From Vulcanimicrobiota bacterium (GTDB taxonomy: Bacteria; Vulcanimicrobiota; Vulcanimicrobiia; Vulcanimicrobiales; Vulcanimicrobiaceae): a DNA stretch of 64,000 nucleotides. Below, piece after piece: positions 42,556 to 52,154 of the stretch. Location: positions 352,001 to 416,000 of the forward strand of contig CAWCIZ010000002.1 in NCBI GenBank assembly GCA_963795855.1, read 5' to 3'. The notes beneath the pieces are model-generated. The model saw only the letters and a list, made by a program, of their open reading frames with translations, had not been told where the DNA came from and ran no database searches. Position 1 is the stretch's first letter. The number at the start of each line of letters is the position of its first letter. A program made the position numbers and the translations under genes.

Positions 42556-43299
42556 CTAGACTTTTTCGATCTGGTAGAACTCGAGTTCGACCGGCGTTTC
42601 GCGCCCGAAGATCGAGATGAGCGCGCGAACCTTTTCCTTTTCGGGCTGAATCTCGTCGACGATACCGGTGAAGTCGAAGAACGGTCCCGACGTAACTTTG
42701 ACGCGGTCGCCTTTCTTGAAGTCGATCTTCAGTTTCGGCGTTTCGATGCCCATCTGCTTGAGGATCGTTTTCACTTCTTTGTCCTGCAGCGGAACGGGCT
42801 TTTCACCCGCGCCCGGACTGCCGACGAACCCGGTAACGCCCGACGTGTTTCGCACGACGTACCATGACTGGTCGTCCATGTCCATCTCGACGAGCACGTA
42901 GCCGGGGAACACTTTCTTCGGCGTGATCTTGCGCTTGCCGTCCTTGAATTCGACTTCGTCTTCCATCGGGACGAGCACGCGGAAAATCTTGTCCTGCATG
43001 TTCATCGAGTGAATGCGGCGCTCGAGATTCGCTTTGACTTTATTTTCGTAACCCGAATACGTATGGATCACGTACCAGTGCTTGCGGTCGTCTTTACCGC
43101 CGCGAGGGCGAGCCTCTTTGCGATCTTCCTGCAGCGTTTCGTCGGCGTCGGGCGACGCTTCGGTTTCGTCGGCGATCGCGGCGGCTTCTGCCAAATCTTC
43201 AGCGTGTGAGGACTCGGCGAGCGCCTGGGACTCGGACTCGTGCGCTTCTTCGGTTATCGCGAAACCGTTGCGTTCTTGTTCCAAAGAAAAATCCGTCAT
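42556..43299 (-). CDS. nusG: Transcription factor NusG with acidic N-terminal extension
   Basis: WYVIHTYSGYENKV, FPGYVLV, KOW GDRVKVTSGPF, IFGRETPVEL. Confidence 0.97.
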   Translation of the reverse strand: MTDFSLEQERNGFAITEEAHESESQALAESSHAEDLAEAAAIADETEASPDADETLQEDRKEARPRGGKDDRKHWYVIHTYSGYENKVKANLERRIHSMNMQDKIFRVLVPMEDEVEFKDGKRKITPKKVFPGYVLVEMDMDDQSWYVVRNTSGVTGFVGSPGAGEKPVPLQDKEVKTILKQMGIETPKLKIDFKKGDRVKVTSGPFFDFTGIVDEIQPEKEKVRALISIFGRETPVELEFYQIEKV

Positions 43300-43568
43300 T
43301 GTGAAACCGGAGGATGAACCCAAGTGAAGACCCAGCCGAAGAGCTGATCGGCGCCGTACGTGAACAACCCGATGGCGACGACCAAGACGATGGTAAGGAC
43401 GGTCGCGGAAACCCACTCTTCACGCGTGGGCCACGTTACGCGCTTGAGCTCGAGCCACACGCCCCGAACGAACTCTTGCGCGTTCATGTTGTTCGCGGTA
43501 CGCGCGACGGGCGCCGTGCTCGGCTTCTTTTTCCCACCGTCCGGCGTGCCGCCGGGGGCTTTGTTCAT
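43296..43568 (-). CDS. secE: Preprotein translocase SecE
   Basis: ELKRVTWPTREE plus single TM helix; upstream of nusG. Confidence 0.93.
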   Translation of the reverse strand: MNKAPGGTPDGGKKKPSTAPVARTANNMNAQEFVRGVWLELKRVTWPTREEWVSATVLTIVLVVAIGLFTYGADQLFGWVFTWVHPPVSQ

Positions 43569-43589
43569 CACGAGGTTTCTCCTGGAGAT

Positions 43590-43665
43590 TGGCAGGGCGG
43601 ACAGGACTCGAACCTGCAACAACTGGTTTTGGAGACCAGGACTCTACCAATTGAGCTACCGCCCT
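43590..43665 (-). tRNA. tRNA-Trp(CCA)
   Basis: AGGGCGG...CTGGT-CTCCAAA-ACCAG...GGTTCGAGTCC...CCGCCCTGCCA. Confidence 0.95.
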
Positions 43666-43696
43666 ATAAATGTGTCCGGCGGCGTCGTTGCCGTTG

Positions 43697-43861
43697 TTAC
43701 TTGGTCTCGCGGTGCGGCTTATGGCTTCGGCAGAAGCGGCAGTACTTGCTCAATTCCAGCCGTTCCGTCGTCTTCTGTTTGTTTTTTTGCGTGTTGTAGT
43801 TCCGGCGCTTGCATTCGGTGCACGCCATGACGACCATCACGCGATTCTCTTTCTTGGCCAC
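43697..43861 (-). CDS. rpmG: 50S ribosomal protein L33 (Zn-binding form)
   Basis: Manual translation [54 protein letters not shown]. Confidence 0.95.
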   Translation of the reverse strand: MAKKENRVMVVMACTECKRRNYNTQKNKQKTTERLELSKYCRFCRSHKPHRETK

Positions 43862-43971
43862 GTTCCTCTACCACACAACGTAAATAAAACGGACCGGCGG
43901 TCCGTTTGACAACCCAGTATAGCACAAGCAAGATTCGAGCTGCAACCGCCACTCAAATCGCCGGCCAAAAT

Positions 43972-44045
43972 CGCGCCCGGGCGGAATCGAACCGCCAACC
44001 TCGGCCTTAGGAGTGCCTTGCTCTATCCAATTGAGCTACGGGCGC
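43972..44045 (-). tRNA. tRNA-Arg(CCT) with imperfect anticodon stem; no encoded CCA
   Basis: GCGCCCG-TAGCTCAATTGGATAGAGC...CTCCTAA...GGTTCGATTCC...CGGGCGC-G. Confidence 0.8.
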
Positions 44046-45214
44046 GCGACGCCCTGACTTTTACGCGCGCGGGACCCGCTCACCCCTTGCGGGCCGTTCA
44101 CCAACTCGCGGTACAGGCGCGCTAAAGCGACCGCCCGAGCGCGCGGCGCGTGCCGCTGCGCAATCAACTGCGACGCTTGCTCGGTCAAGCGCCGGGCCAA
44201 CTGACGATCGGCCAGCACGCGCTCGAGCGCATCTGCGAGCTCCTGCGGCTCGCGCGGCCGAACCAGCAGCGCGCTCTCTTCGTCGGTAACGATTTCCGGC
44301 GTGCCGCCGGTCGCCGTTGCGACGGCCGGAACTCGGCACGCCATCGCCTCGAGCAGGACGTTCGGCGATCCTTCGCTCAGCGACGGCAGCGCCATCACGT
44401 CGGCGATCGCGTAATACGGCGCCACCGAAGGGACGTGCCCGGTGAACACGACGGGTTCTCCGGCGGCCGCCTCTTCCAGAGCCTTGCGTTCCGGCCCGTC
44501 GCCGGCCAGCAGCAGCCGCGCCTGCGGACGCCGCTGCCGCAAAATGCGAAACGCGCGGACGAGATCGATGTGCGCTTTTTCGTGCGACATGCGGCCCGCA
44601 GCAATGATCACCTCGTCATCGGCGCTGAAACCCAAGCCTCTGCGAACTTCGGCCGCGTCGATCGCTTTAACGCTTTCGATCCATGCCGGATCCACGGCGT
44701 TTTGAAGCACCGTTATTCGCGACGCATCGACACCGCGCCGGATCAACTCCACTTCGAATGCGCGGCTCACCGTAACCAGCCGCAGCGGCCGCCGGAGCGA
44801 CCACCGATCGAGCTCGTTGTAGGCGCGCATCTTGAGGCTTTCCGCCGTGTACCCGTGATGAAACGCCACCCACGGAGAGCGCCGCCACAAACCCGAGAGG
44901 CGCACCAGAAAATGCGACTTCACGGCGTGCGTCTGCAGAACGTGCGGTGAAAGTTCCGCGACGAGCTTTTCGAGCGCGCCGATCACGGCTCGATCGAAGG
45001 CGCCGCGCTCCGGAATCGCCGTAATTGGAATCGATCGCGCACGCGCCGCGCGAAGCAGATCGGTTTCGCCGGACCCGCGCCGATAGGTGGCGAGATGCAT
45101 GTCGATGCCGGGGTCCACCTCGCGTACCGCCGTGCAAAACTCCAGCAGGTTCTTGACGTTGCCCGTGATCGTGGACGCCTCGATGACCGCGAGCACCCGC
45201 ACGCGTTCGTTCAT
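44036..45214 (-). CDS. GT4-family glycosyltransferase
   Basis: AAGRMSHEKAH, AGDGPER, PSLSEGSPNVLLEAMA. Confidence 0.9.
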   Translation of the reverse strand: MNERVRVLAVIEASTITGNVKNLLEFCTAVREVDPGIDMHLATYRRGSGETDLLRAARARSIPITAIPERGAFDRAVIGALEKLVAELSPHVLQTHAVKSHFLVRLSGLWRRSPWVAFHHGYTAESLKMRAYNELDRWSLRRPLRLVTVSRAFEVELIRRGVDASRITVLQNAVDPAWIESVKAIDAAEVRRGLGFSADDEVIIAAGRMSHEKAHIDLVRAFRILRQRRPQARLLLAGDGPERKALEEAAAGEPVVFTGHVPSVAPYYAIADVMALPSLSEGSPNVLLEAMACRVPAVATATGGTPEIVTDEESALLVRPREPQELADALERVLADRQLARRLTEQASQLIAQRHAPRARAVALARLYRELVNGPQGVSGSRARKSQGVARP

Positions 45215-46431
45215 ACTGCCAATTTCGCCGCCGAAAACCGCGAATAGAACGCGTAAACCTCTTCCCCGATTTGCGACCAGTCGTAGGTCGCGCGTGCGGT
45301 TTCCGCGCCGGCGCGCGCGACGCGTTCGAATGCCGCGTCGTCGCCCGCGAGAAAACGCACTGCGCTCTCGAATTCTTGCGGCGTATCCGCGAGAAGAATG
45401 TCGCGGTTCGGCGTAACTTGCAACCCTTCGGCCCCTAGTCGCGTAGAAATCACCGGCACGCCGGACGCCATCGCCTCCAAAATTTTCAGGCGCGTTCCGC
45501 TTCCGACGCGCAGCGGAACGACCGCTGCGAGCGCATTCCGGTAGTACGGCCGAACGTCGTCGACGGTGCCGGTGACGACAACGCCGGGACGCTTCTCCAG
45601 CGCTCGCACCTCCGGCACCGGGCGCGAGCCGACGATAAGGAAGCGAAGATGCGGAAACGCGTCGTGTATGCGGGGCCAAATCTCGTTCGCGAAATACAGC
45701 GCGCCGTCGATGTTCGCGTGATATTCCATCGATCCGACGAAGACGAGATCGGTGCGTGTGCCGAACGAATCGCTCCGCACGCCCGCGGCTTGAAAGGCGC
45801 AGTCGACGCCCGAAGGCACGGTGACGATATTTGCGTGCGGCGCCCGCCGAAGCAGCAGGTCGCGTTCGCGATCGCTACACACCAAATGCGCGTCGCATTC
45901 CGCCAAGAGCCGGTCTTCCAACCGTTCGAGAAGCCGCGCGGCGCGCGCAGCGTACAGTCGCTTGGGTAAACTCGCCGCGCCATTGGCAGCGTAACGGCGC
46001 ATCAATTCCGACTCCACGTTGTGCCAGTCGCATACCAAACGCGGGCGGCTCTTGGCACTGCGAATCACCGGAATGTACGAGATGAGATGCACGCCTTCCA
46101 TCTGCACGAGATCGAAATCGTTCGCGTCGAGCAGCGTGCGCAGTTCGCGCTCCATGCGCGCGCTTACGAAGTTCAGGACGTTCACCGGCAGCGGCCCTGC
46201 CAAACCGCGCACGATATTCGATGCGGAATACGCCGGTTCGCGGTGCACGAGCACGCTTTCGATCGCATCCGGGCCCTGTTTCCCGCGCCATACCGGCATG
46301 CCGGCGTCTCCAAAGCCGAGGTAGACGACTTCGCCGTGCTGCGCAAACGCTCGAGCCAGATAGTAATCTCGCAAATGCGCACCCGAGGTCGGCGGCCAGC
46401 ATTCACGCGGTGAAACGTACAGAATCCGCAT
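45211..46431 (-). CDS. GT4-family glycosyltransferase
   Basis: WPPTSGAHLR, DWHNVES, FVGSMEY..N, PLRVGSGTRLKILEAMA. Confidence 0.9.
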   Translation of the reverse strand: MRILYVSPRECWPPTSGAHLRDYYLARAFAQHGEVVYLGFGDAGMPVWRGKQGPDAIESVLVHREPAYSASNIVRGLAGPLPVNVLNFVSARMERELRTLLDANDFDLVQMEGVHLISYIPVIRSAKSRPRLVCDWHNVESELMRRYAANGAASLPKRLYAARAARLLERLEDRLLAECDAHLVCSDRERDLLLRRAPHANIVTVPSGVDCAFQAAGVRSDSFGTRTDLVFVGSMEYHANIDGALYFANEIWPRIHDAFPHLRFLIVGSRPVPEVRALEKRPGVVVTGTVDDVRPYYRNALAAVVPLRVGSGTRLKILEAMASGVPVISTRLGAEGLQVTPNRDILLADTPQEFESAVRFLAGDDAAFERVARAGAETARATYDWSQIGEEVYAFYSRFSAAKLAV

Positions 46432-46515
46432 GCATCCTCCCGACTGCTCCTTACCCATGCCGCCGTTGCCGCTCACGACGCGCGCGAAGGCGCTCAGCCT
46501 CTTCGTGCGGTACAA

Positions 46516-47451
46516 ATGGCTACGATGAATGGTCTCGGAGAACTGCCCGCGGGTCCGCCGGATTACGAGCTGCTCGAACGGCAGGCCGCCGCGCTGCTCG
46601 AGAACGTCGACAATTTTCTCGCTAATGCCGCAAACTTTGCCGCGTTCGTGTATTATTCGCTGCCGGATGTGAACTGGGCTGGGTTTTACTTTCCCGACAC
46701 GCGCGGGCTGGTGCTCGGGCCGTTCGGCGGCAAGCCCGCGTGCACGGTGCTTCCGCGCGGCGAGGGCGTCTGCAACCGCGCGTTCGAGACCGCGAGCCCC
46801 GTCATCGTCGAAGACGTGCATGCTTTCGCGGGACACATTGCCTGCGATCCCGCTTCGCGCTCGGAACTCGTGCTGCCGATCTTGCATGACGGCGCGGTCT
46901 ACGGCGTCTTCGATCTGGACAGTCCGCTGCGCGCGCGCTTCGGCGAACGCGACTCCGCCGGACTCCAGCGGCTCGTCGCGCAGTTCGCGGCGCATACGCC
47001 GTTGCCCGAGCGCTTCCGCACGACGCGGATGCCGAGCAACATCAACCAGCGCATCGACGTGCAGACGTGCCGGGATCATCACGTCGTCCTGCGCTATCTC
47101 GTCGAAGAAGTCGGCAACGAGGGACGCGCGGCAAACGTCGCGCCGCTGCTGCGGCGGCTGCGCTCGGTGCTCGTCGCGCATTTGAAGTTGGAAGACGACT
47201 GGCTGTATCCGCGCTTGGAGCAGAGCAGCAACGCCATCGTGCGCGGCAAAGCCGAACGCTACCATCGTGAAGTCGGCGGATTGCGCGCGCAATTCGACGC
47301 ACTCTGGAAGCGCTGGTCGGCTGATGACGCCGTCGCTGCGGACTTTTCGGCATGGCAAACGCAATGGCGCGAATTCCAGCACGCGTTCGAAGCACGGATC
47401 GCGTCCGAAGACGACGATCTGTACCTGGCGGCGGAAGAGGATTTCGCCTAG
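46516..47451 (+). CDS. fRMsr (MsrC)-type GAF domain fused to a hemerythrin-like domain
   Basis: NWAGFY, GPFGGKPAC, GEGVC, HIACD..SRSELVLP; C-terminal DHH...HLKLEDDWLYP...RIASEDDDLY. Confidence 0.82.
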   Translation: MATMNGLGELPAGPPDYELLERQAAALLENVDNFLANAANFAAFVYYSLPDVNWAGFYFPDTRGLVLGPFGGKPACTVLPRGEGVCNRAFETASPVIVEDVHAFAGHIACDPASRSELVLPILHDGAVYGVFDLDSPLRARFGERDSAGLQRLVAQFAAHTPLPERFRTTRMPSNINQRIDVQTCRDHHVVLRYLVEEVGNEGRAANVAPLLRRLRSVLVAHLKLEDDWLYPRLEQSSNAIVRGKAERYHREVGGLRAQFDALWKRWSADDAVAADFSAWQTQWREFQHAFEARIASEDDDLYLAAEEDFA

Positions 47452-47452
47452 T

Positions 47453-47614
47453 TCAACGCAGCGGCCGGCGCGGAGGATTGCGCCGAATGCGCCAAACCTG
47501 CATCGCCACGAGCAGCGCGAAGATTACCGCGATCGGACCGAGCGAGAACCAGAACGAGAGTAGTTGGATGTGATACGGATGCGCGTTCGTTTGGACGACC
47601 ATTTGCGCGAGCAT
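47453..47614 (-). CDS. Small membrane protein
   Basis: Single TM segment followed by basic tail. Confidence 0.3.
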   Translation of the reverse strand: MLAQMVVQTNAHPYHIQLLSFWFSLGPIAVIFALLVAMQVWRIRRNPPRRPLR

Positions 47615-47734
47615 GTCGCTAGTGTATACCGTCTGGTGTAAAAAAATGTGTCGCAAGCGCGAATTTTGCGCCGGTCGAGAGATGGCCCGCCCGCCCGCTC
47701 AGGGAACGCGCGGGCGCGGCCGAAAACACTTTGT

Positions 47735-48118
47735 ATGGAGCATCTGCTCGTGCCGGCGGTCGCGTTAGCGATCGTCGCGGCAACGGCTATACTGACGGTC
47801 GCGCGCTACTGCGCCCTTCCGGAACGCATTCCGCTGGGACTGCATTTCAACTCGGACAGCAGCGGGAATGGGCCGCGCTACATGATCGGCTTTTTTCCGT
47901 TCATCCAGATGGGCCTCGCACTCGACGCAATCTCTCAGCCGACCGGCGACGCGCTCTTTTTGACCGCGATGGTGGCGATTCTGTACTTCGCGCAACTGCT
48001 GACCATCGAGCTGTCGATGTACGGCCCCTCGCGCGCGCGCTACGCCCGCTTCTGGGCTTCGTTCGCGGTGCTGATAGCGGCCGGAACGACCGCGGCGTTC
48101 GCGCTGCCGCTCCACTAG
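47735..48118 (+). CDS. Membrane protein (DUF1648-like)
   Basis: TM then LPERIPLGLHFN; four hydrophobic segments. Confidence 0.55.
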   Translation: MEHLLVPAVALAIVAATAILTVARYCALPERIPLGLHFNSDSSGNGPRYMIGFFPFIQMGLALDAISQPTGDALFLTAMVAILYFAQLLTIELSMYGPSRARYARFWASFAVLIAAGTTAAFALPLH

Positions 48119-48147
48119 AAAAGCCCGGCTAACGTGCCGGGCTTTTT
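48119..48147. terminator. Bidirectional terminator
   Basis: AAAAGCCCGGC-TAACGT-GCCGGGCTTTT. Confidence 0.8.
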
Positions 48148-48151
48148 ACTC

Positions 48152-48226
<75 letters not shown>

Positions 48227-48236
48227 GAAAAACCGT

Positions 48237-48310
48237 TGGAGCGGGCGGCGGGAATCGAACCCGCGCTGTCTGCTTGGAAGGCAGAAGCACTACCACTATG
48301 CAACGCCCGC
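48237..48310 (-). tRNA. tRNA-Gly(TCC)
   Basis: GCGGGCG...TCTGC-CTTCCAA-GCAGA...CGCCCGCTCCA. Confidence 0.95.
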
Positions 48311-48315
48311 GCAAC

Positions 48316-48403
48316 TGGTGGGCAGGGCTGGATTCGAACCAGCGTACAGCTTTCGCTGGACAGATTTACAGTCTGTTGCCTTTAACCACTCGGCCACCTA
48401 CCC
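48316..48403 (-). tRNA. tRNA-Tyr(GTA)
   Basis: GGGTAGG...ACAGA-CTGTAAA-TCTGT, long variable arm, ...CCTGCCCACCA. Confidence 0.95.
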
Positions 48404-48591
48404 GCGCACGTCCCGTCTGGGACGACAGCGCACCAGGGTACGATGCGCCCCGGTCCGAGTCCTGTGCCGCGCTTCGGCGCGGCTTCTAATCGCTTTTTCC
48501 GCTTTCTCTCAGAAGCGGCTCATGAAGCGCCCCCTCCCTTGCCGTTATAACCGAATCAAGCACCCCTCTCCGCTAGATTTGGAGCTTCGCA

Positions 48592-49779
48592 ATGAACGTA
48601 CGCACCCCCATGATGGCCGCGCTTTTGCTCGCGTCAGCGACGCTGACGGCGTGCGGCGGCGCCGGCGGATCCGGTTCCTTTACCCCTGCCGGCGCGAACG
48701 GCGGCAACACCGGCGGCAACGGCGCCTCAGTCCAATCCCAAACCGAAGATTCAGTCGACACCGCGAACGCGATCGGCTCGCCGATGAAAGAGATCGGCTC
48801 ATCGAACGAGGCCACGGGTTCGCCGCTGCAAACCGGCGCCCGCACCGCGCAAGCCGTTTCCGTGAAAACGCTGGGTGACGGGAGCTGCAGCAACGGCGTC
48901 GAGTTCTTCTCTCCCGACAAAAAAGGCGATGCAAACTCCACCGAACGCATCGTTTTCTACGACAACGGCTGCACGCAGATGCAGAGCGACGCGGTTCGTG
49001 TGTACACCTCCACCAGTTCGACGTCCGAAACCGTGCAGCGCACTGTGTCGCGCTACCATCTGGGCGCAAGCACACCCTCGTCGGTTCGAACCGAGACCGT
49101 AAGTTACACGAACGCCGCGTTCGATCAGTTCGGTTATCCGATATACAAGAACGGCTTCGATCGCACGCATACCGGTGAACTCGACGTCAACGGCGTGAAG
49201 ACGATCGACGGCGACGGTGAACTGGCGCTGCTCTCGGCGAGCGGTTCTACCTCGACCTTTTGCGGCGATTCCGCCGGCTTCAACGCGACCGGCAACGCAT
49301 CGCTGAACGAAACCTTCGGCTGGGCCGGCGTTATGCCGAGCGGAACGCGCACCGTCAACCCCGACGGCAGCGTCACCTGGAATCTCACGCACGAGGGCAG
49401 CACGTACACCGGTTCGATCGGCGGCCTCTCGATTCAAGCCGGAGCGCAGAATACGAGCTGCCCTATCTCCGCGCCGATGTTCACGCTCGCGGGCGGCACG
49501 CTGAAGGGCCAATACCAGATCCCGATTCAGGCAACGTATCTTGACGGCATTCTGACGAACCTGACCGTCAGCAACGCGTCGCTCTCCAACGGCGACACGC
49601 TCGACATTCAAACCAATAGCGGCATCTCGCCGGGCGACGAGCACTTCATCTCCGGCACGCTTTCCAAGAGCGGCACGACGATTGCCAACTTCAACGTCAA
49701 CGCCTTCGGCGACGGAACGCTGGTCGTGGTCGCGAGCGGCAAGGCGTACGAAATCGAAGATTGGCACGTCGTCAAGTAA
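48592..49779 (+). CDS. Lipoprotein of unknown function, beta-rich
   Basis: Lipobox TLTAC, Gly/Ser/Thr-rich. Confidence 0.75.
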   Translation: MNVRTPMMAALLLASATLTACGGAGGSGSFTPAGANGGNTGGNGASVQSQTEDSVDTANAIGSPMKEIGSSNEATGSPLQTGARTAQAVSVKTLGDGSCSNGVEFFSPDKKGDANSTERIVFYDNGCTQMQSDAVRVYTSTSSTSETVQRTVSRYHLGASTPSSVRTETVSYTNAAFDQFGYPIYKNGFDRTHTGELDVNGVKTIDGDGELALLSASGSTSTFCGDSAGFNATGNASLNETFGWAGVMPSGTRTVNPDGSVTWNLTHEGSTYTGSIGGLSIQAGAQNTSCPISAPMFTLAGGTLKGQYQIPIQATYLDGILTNLTVSNASLSNGDTLDIQTNSGISPGDEHFISGTLSKSGTTIANFNVNAFGDGTLVVVASGKAYEIEDWHVVK

Positions 49780-49800
49780 CGCTCAAGGCTTGCGCACTAG

Positions 49801-49829
49801 AAGAAGGCTCCGCACTCGGGAGCCTTCTT
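49801..49829. terminator. Terminator hairpin between convergent genes
   Basis: AAGAAGGCTCC-GCACTCG-GGAGCCTTCTT. Confidence 0.7.
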
Positions 49830-49856
49830 GGCGTTTTGCGTGACCCCGCGGCGCGT

Positions 49857-50294
49857 TTACGTCGCCGTCGAACTTTCTTTCTTCAAGCGACCCTCTTCTA
49901 AGTCTATCAGTTCGGTCCAGGTGTTCACGTAATCGTTTCCGGGATCGATCTTCTCGAGTTCGTCGCAGAAGTGCTCGCGTTCTTCCGGCTTCGGCTCGTT
50001 GTGCAGCACCCACTCGTTCATCTTCACGGTCTTTTCCGGTTCAGGGCGCACGTAATCGCGAATCCACTCCAGTACCGCGTCGTCGTCCGGCGAACGGCGC
50101 ACGGCATCCAAGAACTCGTCCTCGGTGACGCCCAGCGTATTGAACAACTTGAGGTTGAAACGGCAGCCGTAGTAGAGGTACTCGCCGAGTTTGCCTTCGA
50201 GTTGCGCGCGGGCTTTGTCTATCGCGCGCGGAAGCAGCATCATGCCGTCCAATTCTTCGCGCGGGCCGCGCGGATATTCGTGGGTCAGGTCCAT
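49857..50294 (-). CDS. DUF5069-like protein
   Basis: MDLT..YPRGPRE.L.G...LPRAIDKARA...GKLGEY.Y.C, IDLEEGR. Confidence 0.75.
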   Translation of the reverse strand: MDLTHEYPRGPREELDGMMLLPRAIDKARAQLEGKLGEYLYYGCRFNLKLFNTLGVTEDEFLDAVRRSPDDDAVLEWIRDYVRPEPEKTVKMNEWVLHNEPKPEEREHFCDELEKIDPGNDYVNTWTELIDLEEGRLKKESSTAT

Positions 50295-50326
50295 GCCGCC
50301 AGCTTTCCCAGCATGCGGTCTGCTAA

Positions 50327-50797
50327 TCACTCCAGCGGAGCGTTGTACTTCAAAAAGCGGCCTTCGCGCGTCCAGCCGGCGCGCTCGTACACGCGTTGCG
50401 CGACGGCGTTGTCTTGCGCAGTTTCCAGAAACATGCCGCAAGCGCCGGTCTCACGCGTATGTTCGAGCGCACGAGCCAGCAGCGCGGAGGCGATGCCGGC
50501 CTTGCGATGCCTCGCGTCGACGAACAAATCTTCGAGAATCCACGACGGCGCAAGTTGCACGGTGGAGTACGTGGGAAACAGTTGCATAAATCCCGCGCCT
50601 TCGCCATCCACTTCGGCGATGTATATCTCCGAGGTGCCGTTGCGTAAATGCGATTCGATAAACGCGCGTTCGCGTCGCGCATCGGGCTCGCGGCGATAGA
50701 AAACGCGATAGGCCTGCACGAGCGGCAAAAGCGCGTCTACGTCTTCAATCGTTGCTTCTCGAATGGTCGTTTTCGCGATCGCGACGCTCCAGTCATC
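50327..50797 (-). CDS. GNAT acetyltransferase (start uncertain)
   Basis: IREAT..D, LEDLFV...HRKAGIA..LL, LETAQDNAVAQRVYE. Confidence 0.85.
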   Translation of the reverse strand, partial: DDWSVAIAKTTIREATIEDVDALLPLVQAYRVFYRREPDARRERAFIESHLRNGTSEIYIAEVDGEGAGFMQLFPTYSTVQLAPSWILEDLFVDARHRKAGIASALLARALEHTRETGACGMFLETAQDNAVAQRVYERAGWTREGRFLKYNAPLE

Positions 50798-51084
50798 ACA
50801 AATGTGAGTCGTGCAACACCTGTAAAACCACAGGTATGGCACACGTGCAGTATAGCATAGACGCACTTCCAGGCCGGCCCTGCGCGCAGTGCCGCAATAT
50901 GGTTGGGTCGGCCAAACGGGGGTTTCGCTCGCGGCGTTGCGTGCTGCCATTCGCTCACGGCAACATTTCGAGGATTAAACGGGGCTAGTAGGCGGCCAAT
51001 GCGCGCGGGACGGCGCGGAAACTTGTAAAATGGCGCCGCGGACGCACAGGACTGCTACCTGTCGCAGCCCAATAGTGAGGCCAC

Positions 51085-51158
51085 GCCGGCGTAGACTCAA
51101 TTGGTAGAGTCCCGCATTTGTAATGCGGTTGTTATCGGTTCGAGTCCGATCGTCGGCT
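51085..51158 (+). tRNA. tRNA-Thr(TGT)
   Basis: GCCGGCG...CCGCA-TTTGTAA-TGCGG...ATCGG-TTCGAGT-CCGAT-CGTCGGC; one extra base before the D-stem. Confidence 0.88.
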
Positions 51159-51211
51159 AGCGATTTGCGGAGGCATCGTTAAGCGTGCCTCCGCCTCATG
51201 AAACGGATATC

Positions 51212-51622
51212 ATGCAACCAATCAATCCCAAATGGACGAATTCCGGTCTCGTGCTCGTGTGCGAGCGCTGCTTCAAAGAGCGGATTCCCGAAGAAGATCC
51301 GGACAAAGCCGCGGAGATCGGTGATTTCCATTTGCGCGATTGGCTCAAGAAGCGTCTGAAAGAAGACGGCTACTGGGGCAAAGTCCGCGCCGTAAGCACG
51401 AGCTGTATGGACGTTTGCGCCCGACGCCGCGTAACGGTGGTCATCGATCCGAAGATCGAAGGCAAACGCGCGCAGGCGTACGTCGTCGACCCGGTTGCCG
51501 AGAAAGACGCGCTGTACGATCTGATCGTGCGACGCCTGGGCGATACGCGAAGCGACGAAACGACGATGGACCGTCCCGCTCCGGGATTCGAGCGCTACGA
51601 AGACGAGGTAACCGGCCGATAA
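51212..51622 (+). CDS. Thioredoxin-like (2Fe-2S) ferredoxin-type protein
   Basis: VLVCERC ... STSCMDVC four-Cys pattern. Confidence 0.6.
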   Translation: MQPINPKWTNSGLVLVCERCFKERIPEEDPDKAAEIGDFHLRDWLKKRLKEDGYWGKVRAVSTSCMDVCARRRVTVVIDPKIEGKRAQAYVVDPVAEKDALYDLIVRRLGDTRSDETTMDRPAPGFERYEDEVTGR

Positions 51623-51632
51623 CCCTTTCAAG

Positions 51633-52124
51633 ATGCTGACGCCCGCACTTCTCTGCGCCGCGCTTCTTCTTCTCGGGTCCACCGCCGTCGCGGCGGATCC
51701 TCAGCGCCCAATTGCAGATGCGCCTGCAGGATGGAGCGCGCACGACGGCGCCGGCGGACTGCACTATTTCACACCCCCCGGCGGATCCGACTCCGACGTT
51801 TACGAAGCGGTGTTCCCCACGCAAAAAATGAACGGCACGCTGGAACAAACCGCGGCGGGGATTTGGCGCGCCATCGTAGGCAACGAACGCATCGTCGATA
51901 CGAAGTCGAAAGCTATCAGCGTACGCGACGGCGCGCCGGCGTACGAAGTGATCGTGGCCTCGCTGGATGCGCGAAATCTCAGTGTGTATCGCGTCTTCAT
52001 CGTCAAGCAATACGGCCGCAGCGTCGCCGCCGGCGAGCTGCGATTCACCGACGTTCAGCGAATCGCAGACATCGGCGAAGCCGCGTTCGCATCGCTCGAA
52101 GGGATGTCCGTGCCGAGAAACTGA
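51633..52124 (+). CDS. Secreted hypothetical protein
   Basis: Signal peptide ending AVAA. Confidence 0.6.
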   Translation: MLTPALLCAALLLLGSTAVAADPQRPIADAPAGWSAHDGAGGLHYFTPPGGSDSDVYEAVFPTQKMNGTLEQTAAGIWRAIVGNERIVDTKSKAISVRDGAPAYEVIVASLDARNLSVYRVFIVKQYGRSVAAGELRFTDVQRIADIGEAAFASLEGMSVPRN

Positions 52125-52147
52125 AAGGGCGCCGAATCGGCGCCCTT
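52125..52147. terminator. Terminator hairpin between convergent genes
   Basis: AAGGGCGCCG-AAT-CGGCGCCCTT. Confidence 0.65.
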
Positions 52148-52154
52148 CGTTTGC

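Noticed and set aside
50836..50988. 50-aa ORF with CxxC upstream of tRNA-Thr(TGT)
   Set aside because: No well-spaced RBS or recognisable family; lies in a probable divergent promoter region
51085..51100. Extra base before the D-stem of tRNA-Thr(TGT)
   Set aside because: Single insertion consistent with the window's indel error pattern
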